Of a stretch of 64,000 bases of DNA, positions 52,827-64,000 are shown one piece after another. The stretch is from Octopus vulgaris (taxonomy: Eukaryota). A program made the translations under genes and the position numbers. The DNA is taken from contig OX597815.1 of NCBI GenBank assembly GCA_951406725.2, forward strand, positions 43,896,001-43,960,000, given 5' to 3'. Positions within the stretch are counted from its first letter, which is position 1. Every line of letters begins with the position of its first letter. The notes beneath the pieces were generated by a model. The model had not been told where the DNA came from. It saw nothing but the letters and a program-made list of their open reading frames with translations, and made no database searches.

Positions 52827-52832
<6 letters not shown>
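52475..52832 (+). mobile_element. PLE-type pseudo-LTR embedded in (TA)n
   Basis: Bounded by (TA)n on both sides; contains a hammerhead fold. Confidence 0.65.
52720..52767 (+). ncRNA. Type I hammerhead ribozyme motif (core CCGATGA)
   Basis: GTCT-CCGATGA-A-GGGATA-cacaaaa-TATCTC-G-GAAAC-AGCT-GTA-AGAC; palindromic stem III ACAGCTGT. Confidence 0.75.
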
Positions 52833-52895
<63 letters not shown>

Positions 52896-53644
52896 CACAC
52901 TTACACGCATAAACATCTACATATATACATATATACGCGCATACAACGGGTGTACGCTCAGTTTCAGTATACTAAATTTCTTTATCAGGCAATGGTCAGA
53001 TCTATAGTAGAAGATACTTCTTCACGTACCTCTCAGTGGTACAGAAACCGAAACCAAGAGGTTGTGAACTTCATAACTACATAGCAATACCAATGATTAC
53101 ACACACATACACACACACACACACATACTTACACACATATTCGCCCATACACTCACAGATGAATACATACTTATGCATACAACTACATACAATTTTCTGA
53201 AAATAACAATGGGAGGAAGGGTGAAATAGATGTCTTTGTGTGTTTACTTATATTAATATTAATAAACAAGGCGCATAAGCGGAAATGTTCTAATTTTCTG
53301 CAACAATCGTTTTAAATGATTGGCTAAGTAGAACAGTAATTAACTTATAAGTACAATAGATTCAAATATATTCTATTGTGGTGAAATGTTTGCCTTCCTC
53401 CTCTTTGTCTAATGTTTTTGTATGTTAGTGAAATGTTCTTTTGCCCGCTGGACCTTATATTTGTGTAAATAGCACGGATTTACTTCCTCGTATTTTCTGA
53501 AACCACATCCAACACAACTAAAACGCCACCACCACCTAAAACTACCACAACCACCATTACAACCGCTACCGCTATCATTGTTGCAGCCACCGTCGCCGCT
53601 ATCACCATCACAGCAACATTTCTACGAATACTATGATCAATTGT

Positions 53645-53945
53645 GGAGGCGCAATGGCCCAGTGGTTAGGACAGCGGACTCGCGGTCGGAGGATCGCGGT
53701 TTCGATTCCCAGACCGGACGTTGAGTGTGTTTATTGAGCGAAAACACCTAAAGCTCCACGAGCCTCCGGCAGGAGGTGGTGGCAACCCCTGTTGTACTCT
53801 TTCGTCCCAACTCTCTCTCACTCTCTCTTCCTGTTTCTTGAGTAACGCTGCGATGGACTGGCGTCCCGTCCAGCTGGGGGGAACACATACGCCATAGAAA
53901 CCCGGAAACCAGGCCCATGATCCTGGCTAGACTTGAAAAGGGCAC
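53645..53945 (+). mobile_element. SINE family D (tRNA-derived head)
   Basis: A box tggcccagtgg and B box tttcgattccc, followed by a non-tRNA body; second copy at 18612. Confidence 0.8.
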
Positions 53946-54470
53946 ATAGATAGACTATGATCAATCACATGCGGTGATTAAATCAGCTCGACCCAATGCA
54001 AAAGCTTCTCCGTGGTCGCTCGAACCTGTGGAAATAGCTGTTAAAATCTCTATCAACTCATAGCCAAACGTCAGTACATAAACACGCGCGCGCACACACA
54101 AAATCACATACACACACACAAACACAAACATACACAAACACAAGGGATACATTTGAAACTGTAGTCTAAGACATACTACAGCTTTAAAAGTCGAGAGAGT
54201 CAGGTTTAAAATATATTTTAATATGGGTTCACTCAACCAAGACTGACCTACGGCAACGACGACAACAACAACTCCTATAACTACTGCAACATCATCACCA
54301 AACCGTCATCATCATCATCATCATCATCAATAACAACAACTATTTTGTTTTCATCTTCTTAATTCTACCAACTCTATTTGCTGCTATTTGAATTAACATC
54401 AAAATGTTTTTATCCTAGCATTCTTATGGGCTTTTGTGGTCCTATTCTTCTTCTACAACTTTTATTCACA

Positions 54471-54513
<43 letters not shown>

Positions 54514-54707
54514 GCACATACATACACATACAAACACACATTTAAGCGCAAAATCTTCAAAACACTCCAAAACATTCCAAACCAGTATTTTCTCTAAAGG
54601 CTGTGTGTGTGTCTGTGTTTGCGTGTGTGTATGTGAGTGCGTGTGCGAGCGTGCGCACGCGCATACGTTTATTGTTTAATTGATGATAGCCATCAAAAGC
54701 ACAAATA

Positions 54708-54849
54708 TAAGGTTGTCCCAAAAGTTCGTAGAAAGTCTTGGAAAATAATGGTCTTTATTTTGAGGAATAAATTTTTGTTGTTTTTGTTAGTACTTGGCGA
54801 GTAAAAATTCAATTTTCGCAAGTGTTTACGAACTTTTGGGACAACCTAA
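54708..54849. mobile_element. Mariner-type MITE (142 bp)
   Basis: TA TSD; TIRs taaggttgtcccaaaagttcgta / tacgaacttttgggacaacctaa. Confidence 0.85.
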
Positions 54850-55194
54850 TATGCAAATTAAGCTATTCGTTACAGTGATAGCCTAATTTAAGACTGTTTA
54901 ATTTAGCAGCTGAATATTCTATGCCGTTTATTAAGAAACGAAACCGAGTATAACTTTTCTGAAGCCAGATCAACAAACCACAAAACAATTCCGTACATCA
55001 AAAGCATAAAAAGAATGTACTCGCATTCTCATTTGCTTCACAGCTATGCTTTCTATTTGAATTTATTCATTTCATCTACTGTTGTTTCTCTAAAGAATAT
55101 AGAATTGGCAGAAACGGTTGAATGCTAGATTATCACGCGTCTAAATTTACCAAATCTAATCCATACCCTTTTCCCTTTCATAGTTTGACAATGA

Positions 55195-55535
55195 TGATGA
55201 CCCCCTTCGGTCAGAGACTGACCATGGGTTTGCACCTAGAGAGTTACCCTCAGAGGCACAAGTCTGGGCAAGGTTGTTTTATTGGAAGACCAGCAGTCGC
55301 CCATGCATACCGGCCTCCCCTCTCCACGCCACCAGTGTTGTCCAAGGGAAAGGCAAGGGCCGATACAGCTTGGCACTCGTGACGTCGCAACTCATTTCTA
55401 CAGCTGAGTGAACTGGAGCAACGTGAAATAAAGTGTCTTGCTCAAGAACACAACACGCAGCCCGGTCCGGGATTCGAGCTCACAACCTCACGATCGTAAG
55501 CTCGACGCTCTAACCACTGAGCCACGCGCCTTCAC
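55195..55535 (-). mobile_element. SINE with family C head and core but a different 3' tail
   Basis: Minus strand gtgaaggcgcgtggctcagtggttagagcg..ttcttgagcaagacactttatttcacgttgctccag, then an unrelated tail ending in (CAT)n. Confidence 0.8.
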
Positions 55536-55657
55536 TGTTTGACAATAACACACTATAAGTTTGTGACCTTGTCTTAAATGGAGAAATCATTATTTTCAGG
55601 GGTCTGCTCATGTAGATTTTTAACAGGACGTTTGTATAAGTGTGCGTTGTATGCAAG

Positions 55658-56012
55658 GTGAAGTCACGTGGCTAAATGATTATGACATTCCGCTCACGAT
55701 CGTAAGGTCGTGAGTTCGATTCCCGGCAGTGCGTTATGTCCTTAGTTCGATTCCTGGCAGTACGTTATGTCCTTGATCAAGACACATTATTTCACGTTGC
55801 TCCAGCCAACTCAGCTGGTAAAAATTCGTCGTACATGTATTTCAAAGGGCCAGCCTTGTCACATTCTATGTCATGTTGAATCTTCCTGGGAACTACGTTA
55901 AGGGTATGCATGTCTGAAGAGCGCTCAGCCACTTGCACGTTAATTTCAAGAGCAGGCTGCTCTATTGACTGGATCAACTGGAACTCTTGTCGTCGTAACC
56001 GATGTAGTGTCA
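55658..56012 (+). mobile_element. SINE family C with 31-bp internal tandem duplication
   Basis: Colinear with 9582-9907; duplication at 55713-55743 / 55744-55774. Confidence 0.85.
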
Positions 56013-57102
56013 GTTTAATGTGTATATGTATGTATTTATAAAAAGCGTTTGTTCAGGGTTTGTATGCATTTATTTATGAATGAAACCTTAAGGTTACCTG
56101 CGTATGATTGCATAGGTTACATACATATCTTACTCAACGTGCATATGTTTGGTAGTTTTAGTACTCTGTTCGGATACATGGCTGATGTTTTTAACAAATG
56201 CTTCATCATAATAATTCTCATTTATTTTACTACGTAGACATAACAACAATTCTTATATTCTATAACGTTGACATCATCACTTTTAGCTACGGAAAATATT
56301 GCAGGGTTGAACATGATGCATTTGAATCCTGAAATGTCTTTCTGAATTAGCATTATGTTTGATGCTCCCGGTTGATAAAATATTTACCAATATTTACTGG
56401 TATCTAATCACTTGGTTAATTCCTATTTTCTCACAATAGTGGCAATGTAACAAGATATATTACATTCATGCACAAGAACACTCACACATAAGCATACATA
56501 CGTAAATATGTGCACAAAGACAGACACTGGCATAAATCACACAGAAGATCGCTATCGCTGTATTTCTGCAATCGCAAGGTCGATGAGGACAAGTTTTGGT
56601 GCTGTGAATATTCGGTGCAATTTTCTGCAAAAAATGCTAGGAGTATTTTGGCAGTTGATATTTATTGTAAGTTATGGAGGTGAAATAAGGGCAGTGTGTA
56701 TGCTTTGTCACACTAGATATATTACAGTACGTAATCTGCCACCTCATATTACTAAGTTCATATCTACATGTCAACGAAGGAGCCTCTACGTGGCCGCTCT
56801 ATCTTGAAGAACCAGCTGCCAAATTTCCTTTAAAAACCATCATGAATGTTTTTAAAAAATGAATGACACATTTCACAACGTAATTCCGCAATAAATTGAT
56901 GAGATTCTCATGATAGTAGAATTCCTACAAAACTAACAGCAGCAACAGAATCAAATTAACCAAACGTCATTTCATCTCGGAGTAAGGTTAAAAACTAAGG
57001 TTAATGAATTCGTCTGTATTTCTTCTGTAAATAGTTGTCGAAGAAACTGCCTAAGTACAATATATATATATATATATTCGATTATTATTATCATTATTAC
57101 TA

Positions 57103-57267
57103 AGGCGGGAGCTGGCCTAATGCTTAGCAACATTTCGTCCGTCTTTACGTTCTGAATTCAAATTCCGCCGCGGTCAACTTTGCCTTTCATCCTTTTGAGG
57201 TCGATGGAATAAGTACCAGTTGAGCACTGGGATCAATGTAATCGACTTAACCCCGCCCCTGAAATTT

Positions 57268-57270
<3 letters not shown>
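57103..57270 (+). mobile_element. SINE family B
   Basis: Consensus match, followed by (CAT)n(ATT)n. Confidence 0.8.
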
Positions 57271-57358
<88 letters not shown>

Positions 57359-57984
57359 TAAAACTTTTTGACTCGGCCTCATGCGAATTAAAGTTTCGTA
57401 GACTTCTTACAGAAACGTAGCTCGTCGGGCTCAGTTAACCGAAAGGAGAGATGCATAAAATCCAACAGGCTTACCAGAAACTGGGGTGTCATAGGTCAAA
57501 GCGGGTCACACGGAGTTGTTTATATATATATATTATATATATTATATATAAACAATGAGTAATACATATCGTCAGTTTAAGAGCGGCATTGTTAACAAGT
57601 ATTGCGCAGTGAGATCAAACAATTAAGATCTAAGTTCGGCCTTCGTTAGAGACTAAGGTCTTTTGTATTCAGGTTTAGTGTTATGTTTGGGAAATTTCTA
57701 TTTTCAGGTTTGTACTTACTATGATTCTAGACTAAATTGTTTGAATTATTAATTCGCGATTCTCTAAGTTTGTTTACTGTCTGTTCGTGTTGTGGGATAC
57801 GGTGAATTTGACTATAGGAAATCTACCACTGGAGGTCGATTCACACTATTGATACATTCTAGCATAAACATTGCAAACCACGTGATTTAATATTTAAGTA
57901 ACTACATAGCTATCCCAATTTTGCAGTGAAAATTTCATCTCTGTGTTTCTTAACCCGAAAATATATAAGTATCATTTCAGAATC

Positions 57985-58425
57985 ATAAATAAATACTGAT
58001 AAGATTATGCAGCACTTATAATTCTATCAACGACTTGAGAAAGCGAGAAAGCTTCAGAGCAAATCGGATAGAACGCATCAATGACGATATGGCATTCAAT
58101 CAACTAAAAGGAAATATTACTCATCAGAGGGTACAATCTTGAAAAGTGTGTATGGTTACCTAAGAAACATTGATAACAAACTCAAAAGAAACAATAACAT
58201 AAAAACTGAATCGGTAAGACTAGCACTAAACAAGATGTCCACAAAATGGGAAGCGAATCACCTCAAGACAGTTTCTCAGGGTTGTTGTAAAAAGCAGCAT
58301 TGATATATATGAATCTGAATGCTGGGCACTAAGCAGTAATAGCATATTAAGTGGAACAAATACCAATATGTTAAAGAGGATAAAGAAAGTTTCATGGCAA
58401 CATTTACCGAACAATGAATTGTATA
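57985..58425 (+). pseudogene. Highly degenerate RTE-type LINE RT/thumb remnant
   Basis: Fragments [56 protein letters not shown]. Confidence 0.55.
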
Positions 58426-58434
58426 TTATATAAT

Positions 58435-58495
<61 letters not shown>

Positions 58496-58528
58496 TACAT
58501 ACACACACATACACACACACACACACAC

Positions 58529-58664
<136 letters not shown>

Positions 58665-58667
58665 ATA

Positions 58668-58817
58668 TAGGGCAAGTTTACGAAAAAAACAAAAGACGAA
58701 GACAGGTGGTGCACAAAACAAACAGATGTATTAGTATAACGCTCAGGAATAGAAAAAGTATTTTACGTTTCGTGCCTATGCTCTTCTACAGAAAGGTACA
58801 CAGAAAAAACAAGGAGA
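58668..58817 (-). mobile_element. PLE-type pseudo-LTR, homolog of 41302-41502
   Basis: Reverse-complement match; abuts (TA)n. Confidence 0.7.
58761..58794 (-). ncRNA. Minimal hammerhead-like motif (variant core CTGTAGA)
   Basis: Minus strand reads TTT-CTGTAGA-A-GAGC-atag-GCAC-GAAAC-GTA-AAA. Confidence 0.55.
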
Positions 58818-58819
58818 AG

Positions 58820-59140
58820 GTACTCCGTCGGTTATGACGAGGGATCTAATTGATCCAATCAACGGAACAACTTGCTCTTGAAATTAACGTGCAAGTGGCT
58901 GGCTGTGATCTTCATAGACACTCATACCCTCAACCTGGTTCTCAGGGGGATACAGCGTGACACGGAATGTCTCAAGTTTAACCCTTTGAAGTACAACTAC
59001 AACTCATTTTTGCCAGCTAAGTTGACTGGGGCAACATCAGATAAAATGTCTTGCTGGAAGACACTACTCGCTGCCGGATATCGGACCCATGACCTTACGA
59101 TCGTGGGCGAATACCCTAGCCACTAAACCGCACGTTTTCA
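58820..59140 (-). mobile_element. SINE family C, diverged
   Basis: Reverse complement of 9582-9907. Confidence 0.8.
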
Positions 59141-59695
59141 CCGGAAACATACAATTCTTAAGAGAAACCGTTGACGCAGACTTATGTTTATGTGGCTGCG
59201 TTAGCGAAGAAAAGATTAAGTTGTGCATATATGGTAAAAAAATTTTTTTTTTAAAACGCAGAACCAGACCTTGTCGAACTTTTTTGCAGTAGATGTTAGA
59301 AGAGATATATGCCTTGAAATAAACTGCTGTAAAAAGATGGAGGAGAGTGAAATATAGAAGAGACTGGTCAATGGGATCCAACTGTCCTCACTAATTCAGT
59401 TATAATTTATACTGATTTTCTATAAAGAAATCATAGCTTCCAGAAGTATTTCGAGGCCGTCCCTGTTGTGGCACTCGACGCTGATGATATCAAAACAGCT
59501 TGAAATGCTTTCATCGTTCTACAAGAAGGCTCCGTGAGATGACTATTGGTGCTCTGACGCCTATTGCCTGAAGCGAGAATTTTCCCCATGGCAAACTACT
59601 GTGAAAACGGCATTTTACTGGTTAAGTAAGTTCCAAAATGATCTAAATACTTAATGCACAACACTGCTTTCACATGTATATACTAAGTATATGTA

Positions 59696-60002
59696 CAGGG
59701 GTGTTCATTAAGGATTCCTTTGACCCACTTCCCAAAGACTGGCATGAACGAAACTTGGCATAATTATTAGTTCTTCTCTATATAGCCACCACCAATGGTG
59801 ACACACTTCTCCCATCGCTTTACCTCAGAAATATCATCATTATCCGAAAAGTGCTTCCCCTTCAAGAGTAAGAGGGATAAGGAAATATTTCATGGCTGCA
59901 GGAGTATGCTCTCATCTGGGCAACATGCGCATTGTGAACTGGGGTGTTGTCTTGGAGATGGTGGACTCCTTTGGTCAACATGCCAGCCACTCTGCTTTGA
60001 CG
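59696..60002 (-). mobile_element. Mariner 3' remnant related to 46943-48204
   Basis: TIR-like cagggtgttcattaagg..tgacccactt; GMLTKGVHHLQDNTPVHN. Confidence 0.75.
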
Positions 60003-60426
60003 GCGCGTACGTGCGTGCGCGCGTGTGTGTGTATATGCGTGCATGTGTGTGTGTGTGTGTGTATGTGTGCATAGCAATGTATTTTAACGATAGTTCGCAA
60101 AATATTCCTATATATTTACACTGTTTGGATATGTATTTTAAAACAATATGCCTGTTTCTATATCCACAATAAACGTTGTATAACAATAAATGTTGAGGTG
60201 CAGTCACACAAAGATCAAATCAGAACAAGTAGATTTAAATTTGAAATTTAATCTATTCGTGTTCGTCCTGATTTTCATTGTAAAATAGCACAATGTTTTA
60301 TGTTTAAAAGGAAAGGATGTAATTTGAGCTTTCTTACGTGTTATTTCTAGCAAGTAGACCTACTTCATAAAGACTATCAAGACCGTTTCATCCTAGAGCG
60401 TTTATATATATATATATATATATGAA

Positions 60427-60620
60427 TATTGGTTTCAAATTTTGGCACAAGGCCAGCATTGCGGGTCAGGGGTAAGTCTAATATATCGATCCCACTGCTC
60501 AACTGGTACTTATTTTATCGACTTCAAAAGGATGAAAGACAAAGTCAACTTCGGCGGAGTTTGAACTCAGAAAAGTAAAGGTGGACAAAATGCCGCTAAG
60601 CCTTCTGCCAGCTCGCCACC
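60427..60620 (-). mobile_element. SINE family B
   Basis: Reverse complement of the consensus. Confidence 0.8.
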
Positions 60621-60661
60621 CTATATCTATATATGAATATCAGTATGCCAGTTAATACCGG

Positions 60662-60713
<52 letters not shown>

Positions 60714-60719
60714 TATATA

Positions 60720-60825
60720 TACGGAGACGCAATCACTCCAGCATCGGTTGTCAAGCGATGTTGGGGGACAAACACACACACACAAACACACACACACACG
60801 CACACACACACACAGACACACATAC

Positions 60826-60897
<72 letters not shown>

Positions 60898-61048
60898 GAC
60901 GGGCTTCTTTCAGTTTCCGTCTACCAAATCCACTCACAAGGCTTTGGTCGGCCCGAGGCTATAGTAGAAGACAATTGCTCAAGGTGCCATGCAGTGGGAC
61001 TGAACCCGGAACCATGTGGTTGGTAAGCAAGCTACTTACCACACAGCC
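60720..61048 (-). mobile_element. SINE family A with internal (CA)n/(TA)n
   Basis: Reverse complement of 10296-10570. Confidence 0.85.
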
Positions 61049-61124
<76 letters not shown>

Positions 61125-61720
61125 TGATTGAGAGAGAGAGAGATAGCTAGATAGATAGATACATAGATACATATATTCATATATACATGCATACGTACGT
61201 ATATATATAAATATATGCATACATAAACATACACATTGTTATACATACATACATACATACAACCCTCCACACACACACGTACATATGTATGCACTTGAGA
61301 GTGCGTGTGTGTGTGTGCGCGCGAGAGCGAGTATGTACTGCTTCTATAAATCGTTTTAATCGTTTAATCACAGCTACATTTGACATGATGACATGAACTC
61401 ATTGACCTTTTGATTGTGTACGCAAACTACTACGTCTCTGTGTTTTATGTGCATTTGTCTGAATGTATGTGTGTGTGAGGGTTAGTTTACATACAGACAT
61501 ATATACATACATACATACATACATACATACATACATACATACATACATACATACATAGATTCATACATACACACATACACACATACATATATACATACAT
61601 ATATACATGCATACAGGACATGCTTTCATACATACATACATGCATACATATATACGTACATACATGCAAACACGTACACACATGCGTATATGTGTGCGTG
61701 ATTTAATATAGCACAAATTC

Positions 61721-61786
<66 letters not shown>

Positions 61787-61891
61787 ACATGCATTAAGAA
61801 ATATAAGGAGTAATTGTACACATATATACGCATACATACGCATATCAAATACAAACATATATATATAAACATATATATGTATGTATATATG

Positions 61892-61993
<102 letters not shown>

Positions 61994-62737
61994 TCAGATC
62001 TGGTCAACTCGCATTATTCCGAGAATGATCTCATATTATAAATGTTTCTTTTATTTTCTTGCTTGTTTAATAATATATTTGTGTCTGTGAAACTCCCAAC
62101 ATTCCGATGGTCTCGAAGTCATAAGCATTTAATAAGTCGTTATCGTTGTTTGTACATGACTTAACCGATAATAAGCTGCCACCCACCTTCTACCGAATTC
62201 GAATATGGCCGGACTTTCAGTCACGGCTTCTCCTTACATGATTAAGCTATGTGTCTTGTTGCGACTGCACCTAAAAGAAAATGGACGCATTCACCCTAAT
62301 TCTCGAGTATATAGATTAAACGCTACGCTGGACATAACACACCTATGTTAATTGACTTCTTACTTCTGTCGCATACAACCACACATCGACACTATTTTGT
62401 CGTGTACAGCCGCACACGGAGACCACATTTACAATTAAACAATATGTGTGGAATTTTTATTGTATTTTGGTGTGTGTGGTTGTGTATGTGTATGTCTGTT
62501 GTCCTCGCGGTCACTGACTCACATTTACGCACAAAACCACATCAGTTACGTATTGATGCATTAACATGAACTTATGGCTTACCCTTATAATATAGGCGTT
62601 CAGGCACAAACAAACGTGAGCGTGTGCGCATGTTCACCTACTGTCGCGCACAAACTCACATATCAACATGTCCCCCACAGACATATACACAGTAGGTGAA
62701 CATATACGTATATATATATAAATATATATATATATGA

Positions 62738-62806
62738 ATAAATGAAAGAATGGAGTCGAACGAAGATGTTAACAAAATTCCTTTACTCTCGACATATGTT
62801 TCGAAG
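62738..62806 (-). mobile_element. Pseudo-LTR piece with hammerhead 3' half, homologous to 48474-48545
   Basis: Minus strand cttcgaaacatatgtcgagagtaaaggaattttgttaacatcttcgttcgactccattc vs plus strand cttcgaaacatatgtcggaagtataaagatttgaataacacttgcgtttaactccattt. Confidence 0.7.
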
Positions 62807-62809
62807 ACA

Positions 62810-64000
62810 ATTGAGGGTAATGTCTAAGAAGTTGGCTTTAGTTAATTCATCGTCAAAAACGATGCGCAAGCCCATTCTACTAAAATAGCTAACTAATCCG
62901 TTCTTAACCTTCTGTATTTTTTGGTTCGAAACGTTTTGGAGGTAAAGCAGACAATCGTCGCGATAAAGACCTCCACAGATGTCCGGGAATTGGTCGGCCA
63001 TTTCATAAAGAATATAAATTCCGACCAAATCGGCTATCTGGGCGCTGTCTGTACTTCCCATTAATACATCAAACGCATTAGGAGTATCTCTGCGGACCCA
63101 CAACTTGCTATCGAACTGGATGAAAGATTTCCTAGCAGTCAATATCACACTAATTTCCTCCCTGGAGAGGCCTGCCTTATTGTGTGCGTGCCATTGGGCC
63201 TTATTAAGTATAATAGGGTTGATTGAAGAATAGAAACTAGATATATCGAATTGGATAAATTTAGTGTTGGCCTTATTGGTAATAGAAGTAAACCAATCTA
63301 CGACTTGAACAGAATTGGACCATAAGCTAAGTTTTAATTTATTAATTAATATAGGGATATACTTATCTAATATGTATTTACTAAGGGTACCGATGTCTGA
63401 ACTGGAAGGGCATATGAGCCGCAATGCTGGGTTAGTATGTGGTCCTTTAAGATGAATCTGGGTTGCCTAGGGTTCAATGGTTCCGTCTTCATCTGTAATC
63501 CGTAAGTTTCCATAATCTGTTTAGTTTCTAAGTTGGCCTGCCAGAGAGTATTCCTACTGGTGGTCCTGTAATTCTTATGTATCTCCTTTTCGAGCAGTTC
63601 CAAATAATGGCTCTTGGTAAGCTTATAGATGTTGCCGGTTTTATCCGATTGGACCAAGATAGAATCCAAGTTGTTTATATCTCTAGAGACGTTATCGAGG
63701 TATCTGAGGTGCTTATTCCTGAGGGGTGATTTATGAAATCTAATATTCTTTACGATGTCCCAAAGATCATCTTCGAATTTCTTCAATCTAGAATTGGGTG
63801 GAGGAGTGCCCCTCGATTTAAATAGTGTTTTATATTCAAGGGAGACGTCGTTAGTGGTCCGTTTTAGGTCCTCATTGTCGTGGAAGAAGGCGAGCCATCT
63901 GATGCGGATGATAAATGCATTGGTCTTGTTAATAATTTCCTTAAGGAAGGCTTTTTTCGGTGGTATAGGGATATCCTTAAGGGAGGCGTTAATATTGAAC
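62810..64000 (-). pseudogene. Penelope-like element reverse transcriptase (DKT/YRDD type, Hydra-clade-like); open to the window edge, one frameshift, truncated after FLDITL
   Basis: SLKDIPIP..RIRWLAFF..FKS..PP..FEDDL..SDKTGNIY..LKDH / RLICP..IQFDISSFYSSI..FDVLMGSTDSAQIADLVG..GLYRDDCL..FLDITL; frameshift at about 63430. Confidence 0.88.

Noticed and set aside
59477-59520. CTGATGA...GAAA...ATC possible hammerhead
   Set aside because: Stem II does not pair next to the core, and stem I pairs only by consuming the cleavage-site nucleotide.

Overview
AT-rich, microsatellite-saturated eukaryotic (animal) non-coding DNA. The repeat complement (tRNA-headed SINEs, R4/Dong LINEs in (TAA)n, RTE LINEs, mariners) looks like an octopus/coleoid cephalopod intron or intergenic region; the taxon is an inference. 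I found no host protein-coding exon, RNA gene or CRISPR array. Nearly all ORFs in the track are read-throughs of (TA)n, (CA)n, (CATA)n or (TAA)n. Real coding signal is limited to decayed transposons: a full-length frameshifted mariner (46943-48204), other Tc1/mariner remnants and MITEs, an RTE LINE with C-terminal C2H2 fingers (48782-51292), four R4/Dong LINE pieces, and Penelope-like element (PLE) RT and GIY-YIG pieces, including a YRDD/DKT-type RT running off the right edge. Two non-autonomous Helitrons and dozens of SINE copies are also present. The most notable signal is a dense set of short, (TA)n-embedded elements from several unrelated sequence families carrying minimal type I hammerhead ribozyme folds. 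Six are complete and several are halves. Many have non-canonical cores (CCGANGA, CUGUAGA) or fold-back/inverted architecture, and one canonical copy has a very long stem II and is linked by sequence to the YRDD PLE. Coordinates were read by eye; ends of degenerate repeats are approximate.
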